Assembly (NCBI RefSeq): GCF_004010195.1
Contig: NC_057719.1
Location: 41,640,910-41,689,204, forward strand
Length of the DNA: 48,295 nucleotides
From: Chiloscyllium plagiosum
Lineage: Eukaryota
Reading direction: 5' to 3'
Shown: positions 12,353 to 25,162 of the stretch, one piece after another
How positions within the stretch are numbered: the first letter of the stretch is position 1
Layout: each line of letters starts with the position of its first letter
Notes under the pieces: model-generated
The model's database searches: none
What the model was told of the DNA's origin: nothing
What the model saw: the letters and a program-made list of their open reading frames with translations, nothing else
Position numbers and translations under genes: made by a program

Positions 12353-13939
12353 AATGTTCACATATGCATGTATTATATTTAGGCTAAGAGAAGTGAAACG
12401 AGAACTTATTGGATGCAGTTCATTGATAGACCCCTTTCAACGTTTTGCTGATAGGTTCTGATTATAAAGAAGTATGAAATATTTGCGTTGTTTTTCTCGG
12501 GAACAAATCCTCTATATGTTAAACATCTTGTAGAACAAGATTTGTTTTATCAAATAAACAGAATATTATATTTCCTGTAGACTCAATCTTTCAGAAGGGA
12601 CAATGTAATATTTCATCTACCAAGGACGTGACCTGGCTTATTTACAGACAATGATGAAACTGTCCAACTGTTTGATGTCACCATAAATGATTGCCTAGAA
12701 AGAGTGAATTTCACACATACCATTTTCATGACCAGCTAGGTTTGTTTATTTAAAAAAAAAACAGATTCTGCAATTAAGAGCCTGCAATGGCAAATATCAG
12801 ATGCTGACTTTGGTGTTTCAATTATATATTGTTGTGGAATTAATAGTTATGCACAGTCATAAACACAATAATAATTTACATACTAAATTATACACCAATT
12901 GTGTACACATGCAACTAAATAATAAAGCAGTGCTATGTAAAGTGAAGGCAGAGTAGGATAACAGGGTTATATTTGATTCACAGAGCAAGGTTCTTTCACC
13001 ACACAGGGCTCAACCACAAACAGCAATGGTCATCATAATTGCAATATGCTTTTTACAGGACCACATCATTTACAAACCAAATTTGTCAATATTCATTGGT
13101 ATTGTCAACATTGTTAGATTATGTTACAAAATTAACCACCTTATTACTTGCTAATCCTTAATCAAAAAGAAATTTAACTTCAAATAAAAGCCACATTTTC
13201 AAATGTTCACATTTTTTTCAAAAATCTGATGGATTATTCGGCATAGGATAAATGTTCATGTTTTTCATAAAACTGGCATCAACAAAGGATTAAGAAGAAA
13301 ATCAGAGAGTTCATGAAGTGATCAGCCAAATTGGAAGAGCTATACACTCCAAAAAGAAAGACTTCACATTGGCAATTTTGGTAATGAGTTCTGGTTGTTC
13401 TGAAATAATCACAGAAAGTCTCACTGGAATATTCCTAAAGGCAGTGTAGAACTAAATTTCTGGGGAAGAAACTTTAAAAACAAACCACATCTGATTTAAC
13501 CACCAAGCATTGGTCATCTTTTAAGTTTAGTAAACAGACACATTATTTTTTTTCAGCAAAAGAGAATAAATACCTTTGCAAACATATCTAGAAGCGATTG
13601 TAGATTTCTCAATAATGAAATACAATTGTTATAAGGAAACCTTGCAAAACAGCTCTTTGAATCAGAAACAATTACCTAGATGTACTATGTTTGCAGTATT
13701 AATGTAAAAGGAGTCAGTCTGCAAATCTAAGGCAGAAAAGAAAGAGTTTAAAGAATGATTGGCAATTGTCTTTTTAATTAATGAGGAAACCTTTAGTGAA
13801 TTAATCATTCAAAAGAACATAGGATATCAATATTCTAAAATCTCATTTAATTATCTACATAGTCACAACAGCCTTCTGATTTTCTACTTTACCATGCACA
13901 GTGAAGGAATCTTAAGTTGGACTACCCTTTAACAATTGA

Positions 13940-15960
13940 AGGTCTGAATTTTATCAGCTAAGTGTTATTTTCATTGTGTTTCATGGTGGGCTTCTTTCTG
14001 CAAGGCTTAACAAGTTTTCATATCCAATCATCCCAAACTCACCTCATTAACAAGGGATCACGCCCCTCTGGAACCACACTTCTCCAATACTAGCCTGCTT
14101 ATCTCATCTGCCATAACAGAAATACTCCACACTGGACATCCCAAGGCTTCTGTTGCCAATGCAACAGTAGAAAGACACCTCAGTCTGGAGCTGCCTGCAT
14201 GGTGCAGTTAACTTACTGTAGAACATGCTTAGTGGACAGGTCTTGGTGGATAGGACAGTGCAAACGAGGAATGTTCTCTTCCTCCTGAAATGTCAGAGGA
14301 CACCGGTCCTGACCAATCTGGTCTCAGGTCTCCAGCCTGGTCATTGTGGTCTCAACTGTGTCAGGGTGTGCCACCACCTTCTCTCTGCTACCTCACGTTC
14401 ACTCTCTGCTATTGTACTCACCTCCCAGCAAAACTCATGCTCTACCATTCCTTCGATTACAAACACTTTCCTTCATTCGTTCTCACCCACCCTACTAACC
14501 CTGAATAACTTCACTCACTCAGGATGCCACACCATTTTACAAACCTATATTAACACTAACAGCTCTGCTACCCATTCCATCTCACTCAATCCCTTCCTTT
14601 CTCAGTCCAAGAGAAATGGTCCCATACTAGAACTGAAAGAGCTGGGCTAGAAGCTAAGGTGTCCAATATTTATTTCAAAACCTTGTATCAGGAGAGGATC
14701 TTGGCCCTTGCTAGTGAGGATAGGGACCTGTCCTGTGGAGATGCAGAAACATCCACATGTCGGCAACCAAGTAAGAAGCATTGTCTGTTGGGTTGCTACT
14801 TTCACATTGGCCCAGTGAGATTGTATTCTCAACATGTCCAAACAGTGACGATGACATGTTCTCTCTTTTGTCGCCTGCAGATATATATGGCATTACCATC
14901 ATCTCCGTGATCAAGGAGACAACACTGCAAGAGATCCCTTAGCTACATCAAGGCTGCCTCCTGCGTCCTCCATCAGCTCAGATACTGACACCTCGATGGG
15001 TATTTCATCCAAATCAGTATTGGAAGCACCCACTCGTGAGCCTTTCATTGCCATGTTTCTGTAGCTGGCTGAGGAAAGAATGCCCCAAGTCATGGGCAGT
15101 CGGTGAACAGTCAGAGACCAGGCAGCTGCTCAGTCCCAGGCAGGAGAGGACCCCATGGTACTGACAATTTATCACTTCATCAACCTGCACAGACACAGGA
15201 ACAGCAGGAGGGCTTTGTCAGAGGCACTGGATAACCTGACCCAGAGGCTCAAGTCTGCAGCAATACAGTTAGAATCCTGCTCCCTCAGGCATGCAATTGT
15301 CTGGCTGTCTCCATGGAGAGGTTGGCAGCTGCCTTGAGCAGACAATCCTGCAGTCTCAGAGACTGCTGTGGCCTGTGCTCCATTGCCTAGTCATGGGGGG
15401 CTCAGCACCAATAACAAGGGGATGAGGAACCTGACCTCACTCCACATGCCCCTCCTCACAAGGAGACAGGGCAGTGCTGGTAGTTTCTCAGCCAGCGGCC
15501 TTCAAAAAGACAACAGCATTGTACATGTACATGTACCCGCCCTCAGAAATCCCACCACAGGATACTCTCGAGCTGTCCAAGACATCCACCTCAATAGTGC
15601 TGACCATCCTCACCTCTGTGTGAGTTCAAGCTGAGGAGGGTGCACCCATTATGGGGCAGGTTAGACTTAGCAAGGTTCGGGTGTCGAACCTTGTCCCCTC
15701 CCCCCACCCTGAAACTCCCTGCCATCCACCTGAAACTCCCTGCCATCCAATCAAAATTCCAAGACCAATGGGCTCCACTCCAGGGTATCAGGCTTCAACA
15801 CTCACTGCAGAACCCAGGACTGCTCTGAGATGTAATAATAGGGCATATATGTGGCACAAGTGACTTACATCAGTGTAAATTCATTTTTATATTTGTTAAT
15901 GTATTTTCACTTTTTCTCCTCAGCTTTGTGGGTGAATGTCTATTGAGCCACCACTACAAC
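13940..15960 (+). mobile_element. Decayed PIF/Harbinger-like element (Myb/SANT-like gene remnant)
   Basis: GC-richer block. Peptides QVLVDRTVQTRNVLF and TLYQERILALA resemble Harbinger-associated Myb/SANT proteins. An intron-like pyrimidine-rich interval ends in TTTCTCAG. Ends uncertain. Confidence 0.4.
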
Positions 15961-16014
15961 ATTGAAGGTACTAGGCTAAGCTGTCCTTAGCACTGCACAT
16001 TTTTCATGTTTGTA

Positions 16015-16252
16015 GGCCATAGTAAATAGGAACAGGAATAAGCCATTTAGCGCTTCAAAATGATCATGGCTGATCACCCAAATCAGTATTCTGTTCCTGC
16101 CTACTTCTCACTCCCTTTGATCCCTCAAGCCCTAGGAAATATATCCAAGTCTGTCTTGAAAATATTCCCTGTCTTGTCTTCAACCATTTTCTGTGGCAGA
16201 GACTTCCACAGGCTCACCACTTTCTGGGTGAAGAAATGTCTCCTCTTCTCAA
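16015..16252 (-). mobile_element. CR1 LINE 3' fragment
   Basis: TTCCACAGGCTCACCACTTTCTGGGTGAAGAAAT is the reverse complement of an FFTQKVVSLW-type motif. Confidence 0.75.
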
Positions 16253-16304
16253 TCTACAGCAGCTCGTGCACCCATGTGAAGGCAATGGGTAAATGGGAAG
16301 GGAT

Positions 16305-17330
16305 TGTTACTCGAATCAATCTTTCCAGGTGCGTGAACTTACCCCACAGAGGCCGGTATCTTGTCACCAAGTCACCCTTGATTTACAGGTAGAGAGTTCT
16401 TCACACTGAGCAGCTCCCCCAGAGCCAGCTCTCAGAGTGTGAGGATGTCTGACACTCCTGTTTACATCTGTCAGCCAGGACTCCCTGTTGAAAAAGATTA
16501 ACAGCCCCAGTCAGGAACCTCTTTTCTATGACATCCACCTGCTCACCTTGTTACAATTATTACCCCATCCTTCCCCTCTGAGCCTGAGGACATAGGCCAG
16601 TTTTTTTTGTAGCTCCTTGTAGGGTGTTTCCACACCAGGTCAGGTTCCTCCAACTCTACCTCAGATACAGGCGGTATGTAACACAGAGTAGCTCGCCTCT
16701 AGTGCAAGGAGCATCTCACTGGAAATTCATTCTCTTCTTCAGGCACCGAGGCGGTAACATCCACTATGTCCATCTCAGACTTTGAAGTCTCTTTAGCATT
16801 TAACTGAAAGGGTGAACCCATGGTTTCTGCTGGCCTTTCTGACCATTCCAAGGAGCCAGGCACATTTTGCTCCTGCACTTTTTGTGAGTTTTCAGCTTTC
16901 ATATGGTCCACATACTTGTTCAGGCTGTTGCCCCTACCCGAATTTCATACGTCACTGGACCTGACCTCCCATGACCATTTATCTTACCCATTCTCGTGGT
17001 TCCTATACCAAACATTGACCCCTGAAGTAAACTGTCTCACTCACTTAGCAGAGTTTTATGTCAGGCATTGGCATTCCTGATGCAATTTCATCCACTCCTT
17101 CCCCCCCCCCCCCCCCCCCCACTCCTCCCCTGGCCATAGAACATCAGATATAACATGGTATGGAGTCTTCTCCCCATTAGCTCTGCTGGATCTATCCCTG
17201 TAGTTGCATGAGGAGTTGTCCATTAATCAAGTAGGAACTCGGACAATTTGGTAGCTAGTGAAGCAGTAGGCTGTTTCTTTAAGCTTGTCTTCAAAGTTTG
17301 ACTATTGATTGATGGATTGTATGATGCTGT
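16305..17330 (-). mobile_element. Gypsy LTR retrotransposon 3' remnant (integrase C-terminus, PPT, 3' LTR)
   Basis: Minus translation QTLKTSLKK...LSEFLLD*WTTPHATTGIDPAELMGRRLHT (~17150-17300). Polypurine tract AGAGGGGAAGGA (16568-16579) precedes TG. Putative LTR ~16305-16567. Confidence 0.75.
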
Positions 17331-18051
17331 CAGGGGTCATTGCATGTCTAGTTCCCAACACTTCAATGCTACAAAGAAGAGTTTCATTTGAAAGTTCGAT
17401 CCTCATTTCTGAATAAGCTGGGATCTGAAGACCTGGTCAGAAATATGGATCTGCATGACAATAGAATAGTAGGAATGTAGAAATAATTTGAAAGGAACTG
17501 TCATTTCTCAGAGGATCCACACCTTGATATTTTTAGAATGAGAACAAGACAAGGAACAAATCGTATAATTAAGTTAATTTGCGAGGGAAGTGAAACTCAC
17601 AGTATATATTGTAATGATTTCAACATAATCTAAGTGCCATTACCTATTGATTGACCATTGAAATTTTGCTCATGAGCTTGCTTACTGGGTCTACTTGTAT
17701 CAAAGGAACCAATGAAGTGTGATTAGGGATGATTAAATCAGGAAATTAGATAAGATTTCCTCTACCTGTTACCCATTTATTCAGTCGAGGTGAAGAATGG
17801 TGACAGTTCACATTTTCCTCCATTTTCTTTGTTAGAATCTTGAATTGGTGAATTCATCAACTGATGCAAGTTGGTATCTAAAGAGAAGAATGTACTTCAA
17901 TGCTAAACAATGTTAAACTGTACAACTCTGATTGATAGAGCAGAATATTAATTCAGATCAAACAAGAAAAGACAAGCAAGTTTGTGAAAGAAAGGAACCA
18001 AATTTAAACAGAAAATAAAATAAAATGAAATAAAATAAAAACTAACTTAAT

Positions 18052-18182
18052 TTCATCCTTACCTGGTCTGGCCTATATGAGACTCCAGATCCAGTAATGT
18101 AATTGACTCTTGACAGCCCTTTGAATAATTAGCAATGGAAAATAAATACTGGCTAAGCCAACAATACCCACATCCCATGAAC
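18052..18182 (+). mobile_element. 3' part of a SINE with a LINE-derived tail
   Basis: CCTTACCTGGTCTGGCCTATATGAGACTCCAGA...AATAAATACTGGCTAAGCC...CACATCCCATGAA. Related copies at 42835-43030 (-) and 45670-46190 (+). Preceded by (AAAAT)n. Confidence 0.6.
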
Positions 18183-19099
18183 AGATACAGAACAAAGGAT
18201 TAGAAATTACGTTATTTAAAATGCTTCTGGAAATTATTTGGAAGTTATTTTTACAGACATCATTTTAACAAAGAGTTTAGCCCATCTATAATTCAGAACA
18301 GATTACATACCCATTAAATGGTGGCTGACAGTCCACAAGCTTCTAACAGATTGCTAACAATGAAACACAACTAATCATGGACAATAAGATGAGCGTCAAT
18401 GTAATGCACACAAAATACAACCCACAAATGTTAATCTTTGATTCCAACCTATGTTCTGCAGTCGACTAGTACTTGCATCCATGTGTCAGGTTCAAAACTG
18501 GTCACAGCCAAGAAGATGAATGTTTTAAATTGTGTGCTAGTACTTTATGTTTGAATAATTTTAATATGTTCATAAATTTGAAAAATTATTCATACAACAT
18601 AAAAAGAACATTTGTCCAATCCACTTGAACTTCTATTCTGCAGTCACTCTACTTAGCAAATTAAGCATTAGCAAGATTTAATGCTTCAATCCCAAACCCA
18701 GTAAGCTTGCAAACTGGATCTCCAGGCACTAGATATCCAGTGACAAAAAGATATCTTTTCTTTATTACCATTTTCTGAATAACAATTGGCAAATTCACAA
18801 ATAATTCAGCTATACTGTACTAACATGAGTGCTGTGATTTGGTAAAATATGAAAAATATTAATTTTAATTGTCAACGATCACACACAGGGCTGGGAAATT
18901 GCTCTTCAAGGAGTTGCCTTAAACCTCCATAACTCTCAATACGATAAATTCAAATGACTGATCTTCCTATAGGGTCCATACATATTTCTCTTAGAGTACT
19001 TTAGTCTAATTAATGCATAACTTATAATATGAACAGCAATTAAACCGTAATGTTTTAGGGAAATTTAACCCCACTTTTCCAGACAGAAACCTGGAAGCC

Positions 19100-19428
19100 T
19101 GGGTGGCACGGTGGCTTAGTGGTCAGCATTGCTATATCACAGCGCCAGGGACCCAGATTTGATTCCAGCCTCAGGTGATTGACTGTGTGGAGTTCGCACA
19201 TTCTGCCCGTGTCTGTGCGGTTTCTTCCTACAACCCAAAGATGTGCAGTTTGGGTGAATTGGCCATGCTAAATTGCCCAAAGTGTTCAGGGACCTGTAGG
19301 TTAGGTACATTAGTCAAGAGAAATGTAAAGTAATAGGTTAAGGGAATATATCTGAGTGGGTTACTCTTTGGAGGGCTGGTGTGGACTTGTTGGGCTGAAT
19401 CGCCTATTTCCCCACTGTAGAGATTCTA
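19100..19428 (+). mobile_element. HE1-type SINE (older copy)
   Basis: GGGTGGCACGGTGGCTTAGTGG head, TGTGTGGAGTTCGCACATTCT V-like domain, CR1-type tail. Confidence 0.85.
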
Positions 19429-20221
19429 TATAGCCAACTTTAAGTTGTAGATGGTGGGGATTGCCAGCCAAGCTGATGGGTTTCTCATTAAGTATATGGA
19501 TTGGGCTCCAATTATGTCATTTTACCTGAGTGAGGAGGTAGAGACGGCTACCTGACAAGATCAATACCTCCTGCCACAGAAGATGTTTATTGACCACAAA
19601 ACTGGCAAGAGTTTTTATGGAATCATTGATTGGTCACAGCACAATTGAAAAGAGGCCAGCTGGCCCTTCAAGGTCAATACTAGTTCTCTAAAGGCAAGTC
19701 ATTAAGTCTCAGTTCTTCCCTATGGCCTTACAAATGCTTTCTATTAAGGCTGCAGAATTTTGATGTGCAGAAGGATCTAATGTTAAACACCAGAGATTAA
19801 TAGTTGGTTAAACAGAGTCCAGTGTTTATTTTTCTAGTCAGAGTTTTATTCCAACCCACACATCACAAAACTCCAGCATCACTGATTTCTATTTCCATAT
19901 AGAAATTTTGTAATCAAGGTCTTTGGATTTGTTATTAATTGTTATTATATTTCTAGCTCAGAGGTTGGGACACTACCACTGCACTCTAATAACCCTCTTG
20001 TTTTAGTTTATTACAAACCTTCACCAAATTACCTGCATCTTCAATTAAACAATTAAAAAAATACAAGCACTGTCCACCAGAGGCAGTGTAACAGTAAAGA
20101 AAATGGGAGTGTAAGAAGAGAGAGAGGGGATTAGATTTAAATGGAGTTGGAAGGAGAAGGACTTGCTTTGTTTTCACTGATGTTCAGCTTTCTTAAAAGA
20201 GAAAAAAATCAGCACATGAGC

Positions 20222-20284
20222 AAGTGCGACTTGAATCCAGGCCTTCGGACTGAAATAGTAGAGATACTATCACTGTGCCACAAA
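20222..20284 (-). mobile_element. Isolated tRNA-derived SINE head
   Basis: Minus strand TGTGGCACAGTGATAGT...GGATTCAAGTCGCAC (A/B-box like). Confidence 0.5.
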
Positions 20285-20317
20285 AGTCCTCAAAATTAAC
20301 TCACTCTATAAATGCTG

Positions 20318-21592
20318 TCGTAGTTCCTCTGTGCTGCAGTGTGTGGTGGCTCAATGAAATAATGTTCTAATGCAGCTTCATTTGTGGTGTTGGGATGATT
20401 GCTTTTGTAGTTCAGTATTTGGTCCGTATGTGTTGTTTTCCTGTACACACTGGTTTGAAATCTCCCATTGGCTGTTCGCTCTACTGTGACATCTAGGAAT
20501 GACAGTTTGTTGTTGTTTTCCTCCTCTTTAGTGAATTTTATGCCAGTAAGGTTATTATTGATCGTCTTGAAGGTTTCCTCTAATTTGTTTTGTTTAGTGA
20601 GGACAAAGGTGTCATCCATGTAGAAGACTCAAAGTTTGGGTTGGATGGTTGGCAGAGCTCTTTGTTCAAATCTCTGCATTACTGCCTCTGCTGAGAACCT
20701 TAATATCGGAGATCCCATGGCTGTTCTGTTAGTTTGTCTGTAGGTTTTGTTGTTGAAGGTAACTAGAAGCTGCATTAGAACATTATTTCAACAAGCCACC
20801 GCACACTGCAGCACAGAGGAACTTTGAAGAGCAGAGGAAAATCACCTATACAGTGGATTAAAAAAACAATGGGTATCCAATGAACACAGTCCACCAATTT
20901 CTCAGCAACAAACCCAAACAAGGAGAAAAAACACGTCCAGAAACCCAAGCCACTCTCCTCTACATCAAAGACATCTCAGAAATGACCGTGAGACTACTCA
21001 GACCCCTTGGCATCATGATGGCCCACAAACCCACCAACACACTAAAACAGCAGCTAATGAACTTGAAAGACCCTATACAGGCAATAAGCAAAACTAATGT
21101 CATTTGCAAAATACCTTGCAAGAATTGTAACAAACACTACATTGGACAAACAAGCAGAAAACTAGCTACTAGGATACATGAACATCAACTAGCCACAAAA
21201 AGACATGACCCACTCTCACTAGTAACCTTACATACAGATAAGGAAGGACACCACTTCGACTGATTCAACACATCCAACCTAGGACAAGCCAGATAGAGAC
21301 GCGCACGAGATTTCATCAAAGCATGGCATTCCAACCGGAACTCTATCAACAAACGCATTGACTTGGATCCTATTTACCACTCGCTGTGAAAAAGAACAGG
21401 AAATGATGTCACCACAGGACATAACATCACCACAGGAAATGGCATCACTAACCCAACAAAACCTAAGCACATGAATAGAAAGTGGGCCATACCACCAGAG
21501 CTTTATCTGGAGGCTCACTGATGATCTTACCTAGTATGGTGACAAAACATCTGAAAAGGAACTTTCCAGCTCAGCGAGCAAACCTACATCCA
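20318..21592 (+). mobile_element. Penelope-like element (family C), 5'-inverted: RT C-terminus inverted, GIY-YIG endonuclease forward
   Basis: Minus 20318-20762 encodes PMGSPI / YMDDTF / LSFLDV / VYRKTTHT. Plus ORF 20880..21263 has NVICKIPCKNCNKHYIGQTSRKLATRIHEH (GIY-YIG). Decayed hammerhead at 21515-21554. Confidence 0.9.
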
Positions 21593-21636
21593 TACCTGCT
21601 GTATTTCTTCAGTATTCCGTGACTCATGGTTGGGCT

Positions 21637-21700
21637 TGGTAGGACTTGAACCCAGACCTACTGATCCACAAGTAAAGATAGTACCACTACACCACAAGAT
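21637..21700 (-). mobile_element. Isolated tRNA-derived SINE head
   Basis: Minus strand TGTGGTGTAGTGGTA...GGGTTCAAGTCCTACC. Confidence 0.55.
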
Positions 21701-22039
21701 TCCTTACTTTGCTGTTTATTTTCTGAAACCACTGTTAAATTGCCCATGTTACTGACTAAAAGAACAAATAAAGCACTTTTCACTAGGAGCAGTGCAAAAA
21801 GCCTTTCATTTAAAAGTACAGCCTGTCAATTCCTCATACAATCGTTCTGAATTCACATAGAACCATCACCAGTTCCTGGCACCATCCTTGCCAGACCCTA
21901 CAAGATGATCACAGATTCTCTTTTGCCTTTCAAAATAAATTAACGCACATATTCAATCAAAATAAGAAGCAAAACAAAAGCACAAAAATAAAACTGGCAC
22001 CATATTGTGCAGACTAACAGTAAACTGGAGTAACATGTG

Positions 22040-22470
22040 ACATACGTGAAAGAGTAACTTATTCAACCCACATAATTTTGTTCCACCGTTCAGTACAAAA
22101 ATGACTAATCCCCTATCTCAATGGCAAATACTTCCTCTCTCCTCATACCTCTTAATGCTTTTAGTATCCAGAATTCTATTTCTTTCTTAAATATTTTCAA
22201 GGATTTGGCCACATGTGGTGGAGAATATCATAAGGTCACCACTCTTTGAATCAAGAGATTTCTCCTTATTGCTGAGAAACTGACCCGAACCTGACATAAG
22301 GCCCCCTTGTTCTACATCTCCCAGCCAGAGGGAGCATCATCCCTATGTACAGTATATCCAACCCTGTTAGAATTTTACACATTTCAATGAAATACCCTCT
22401 CATTTTTCTAACTTTCAGTTAATGTAAGCCTACTCAACTCAATTTCTCCTCATATAACATACTTGTCATG
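22040..22470 (-). mobile_element. Decayed CR1 3' fragment
   Basis: Resembles the reverse complement of the CR1 ends at 6640-7153 and 26250-26922. Confidence 0.6.
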
Positions 22471-23263
22471 CCCGCTTTCTTGTTTTTTAATATATGCTAG
22501 AGTTCTAAGTGAGCTTTTTCCATTATTTCTCATGCTTTCTCAGAGATTTCTCCTTAATTTATAAAGCAATCAGATAACTGACTGCTGCTATCAATCCATT
22601 TTAATTTGCAGACTTCTCCATTCTCCAGAATGTGTTATGCAATGGAACATTGATCCTTACTCTTTTTACATTGTGTATTTTGTTGAATGTACATTACATT
22701 GTATGACTTATTATTGATGTAGCACTCAGCAAGCATTTTTGCTAAATCTGCCTTTCAAACTTCTTTCAATATTTTCGCTTTAAAAAAACCCATGTGTTGA
22801 ACTTTAGAATATTTTGGCTGTGTCAATTTTGTCCAGTTTCAGAGGAGGTTCCTCTCCATACTTAGAGAGATTTTTTTTCTCTATCATCCCAAACTCACTT
22901 CATTAACTATCTTTCCCAATGCTATGGTGCCTTCATGTCCAATGCTAAGCCAATTCCACCATCTTGCCAATGATGCAAGACCTCACCACTCAGTGGACAC
23001 CCCTGGAATGGGCCAATAGCCCCAGGAGTCACACCATCTTCAAAACTTTGTTTCATACATGTTCAAGGACCGGCATTCTGAAAGAGACCTATACAATTTC
23101 TGACATTTTCCCTGGACATGACAAACAAAAGAAAATTGGCGTTCCAAATTGTGGGCAGGGACCTGGATGTCTTGGTTGAAGGAATGGTGCAGAAGAGGGA
23201 TATTCTGATTCCTCAGGGACCAGCAGAGGAAGAAATCCACAAGGTTGCCACTAGGGTTAATTA

Positions 23264-23397
23264 ATTCCTGATGAAGGGCTTTTGCCTGAAACGTCGATTT
23301 TCCTGCTCCTCGGATGCTGCCTGACTTGCTGTGCTTTTTCAGCACCACTCTAATCGAGACACTGATCTCCAGCATCTCCAGTCCTCGCTTTTGCCTC
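23264..23397 (+). mobile_element. Short PLE family A terminal unit with hammerhead motif
   Basis: ATTC-CTGATGA(23268)-A-GGGC-TTTT-GCCT-GAAA-CG-TC-GATT, then body and tail. Confidence 0.8.
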
Positions 23398-23707
23398 ACC
23401 ACAGCTGTCAGGAGGAATGCCCAGCAGTGCTGTAAAAAGATCAATGATCCTCTCTGCTCCTACCAGAGTAAATGCCATCACTATCTCTCTTGCTACCACA
23501 TAACTATTCTGCTCTTGCAACTGTCCCACCATTCTAATGCTTTACTACTGTCATTGGTATATATTACTGTAAGTATATGTTGCTAGTAATGCCAAGGAAA
23601 TTTTTGAACTTGCTTTTCCTCCCATGGCTTCATCTACTCTTATATTTTGGTCCAGCAGCTTTTCATGGTTTAGTCTTGCAAGTCCCATGAGAAGACACCT
23701 TTTCCAT

Positions 23708-23838
23708 GATTCCTGAAGAAGGGCTTATGCCCGAAACGTCGATTCTCCTGTTCCATGGATGCTGCCTGACCTGCTGCGCTTTTCCAGCAACACATTTCCA
23801 GCTCTGATCTCCAGCATCTGCAGACCTCACTTTCTCCA
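23708..23838 (+). mobile_element. Short PLE family A terminal unit with hammerhead motif
   Basis: GATTC-CTGAAGA(23713)-A-GGGC-TTAT-GCCC-GAAA-CG-TC-GATTC. Direct repeat CATGAT at 23705-23710 and 23839-23844. Confidence 0.85.
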
Positions 23839-24859
23839 CATGATAGACCTGGTTGTCCCCAGTCTGGCACCTCTGTGTACAATTCAAATTCTGTCCAGCT
23901 TTGCAATTCGAGCAGTCTAACAGCTTTTATTAACTTGCTTGTGTCCTGTAAGATTCCCCAATCACATTGGTTTTTGCTGTTGGTGGCATTCCTAGACGGC
24001 AGTATATTCATTAGCTTTGCAAAGCTATGTCCTCGTGCTTTCTGTCTCTGTATAGCTCGTTGCTAGTCTGTAACTATTTATCCTCCCCTCCTACTACAGG
24101 TATTCCATGCTTTTCAAAAGTTTGTTTTACGCCACTTTGCTTTTGTGAAAGACTTATATTAGTATCTCTTTCAAGGGCATGTTCATTCCCAGAGCCCTTC
24201 TCCGAACTTGCCTCCCATTTTTGGATTTCAGGTTCCCAATCCACAGGGCATAAATTCCTGCCTCTCACCAGTTGTTATACTTGCCAGTGGTCTTCACTGT
24301 TCTACTAGTAATAATGGCATTTCTTCATTGACCAGCCCCTTACAGGAGCTATTTAACTTCGGTACCCACTTCTAGTAGTTTTCCTTGAGGATGGCTGGCC
24401 TCATTCTGATCACCAGAACTGATCAGACAAACTGTCAACTTTAACAGTCGAATCCTCAGAGCTGAGTAACATATGGTAGTAAGATGTACCCAATACATCA
24501 TTACTTTCTATAAATGCTTTAGAATTTGCAAAATTTCTAATTCATATCAGCAACCTTGAAGAATGTATCCAGAATCATGCTGGGAATCAAATTGTACAAT
24601 TATTATTTTTCTGTTCTTGATAATTACCTTTCCCAGGCTTCTCCAGGCTTTAAGTCCCTCTCTTTTGTAATAGTCCCTTTACTGACAAAATATAATAGTC
24701 CTCAAATCTCCCATTATTGACATTAGTTTCAAATGCTTTCTGAGACTGGTGTTTAATGAAAGCCTTTCCAACTGAATGCAGTGCCTACAAATACTCAAGA
24801 AAAGTAAAAGTAACTGTACTCTCTTCCCAAGCTGAGGGGTGGTCACTCGTTACTGAGAG

Positions 24860-25048
24860 AAGCTCAGTTGGCTGGATGGCTGGAATGTGATGCTGAGTGA
24901 CGCCAATAGTATGGGTTCACTTCTTGCATCTCCTGAAGTTGCCATGAAGGTCGTGCCTTCTCAGCCTTGCCCCTGGCTTGAGGGATGGCAACCCTCACTC
25001 TCAGTAACCTTTCTCTTGAATGAGAAAGTGGGTCTATGGTGACTTTAA
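24860..25048 (+). mobile_element. Ancient tRNA-derived SINE
   Basis: AGCTCAGTTGG A box and GGGTTCACTTC B-box-like motif at tRNA-like spacing. Confidence 0.45.
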
Positions 25049-25162
25049 GTGTTTTCTTACTGACAGGACTTTACGGTTTTGATCAAAACTTAATTGACAT
25101 TGATTATATCCTCTGACGAAATGCACTAAATTCTTTGCATGGACAGGCCAATCTAATAGCAG

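Noticed and set aside
17101..17120. C20 homopolymer
   Set aside because: Simple expansion inside the gypsy remnant; length may be unreliable.
20222..20284. Possible tRNA gene (also 21637-21700)
   Set aside because: A/B boxes only, with no acceptor stem or cloverleaf; treated as SINE heads.
21395..21450. Short repeated CATCACCACAGGA units (also 29660-29710), CRISPR-like at a glance
   Set aside because: Tandem ~17-18 bp repeats in the PLE 3' UTR with no unique spacers, in a eukaryotic context.
24094..24170. TA-CAGG start resembling a Tigger-like end
   Set aside because: No matching second TIR found.
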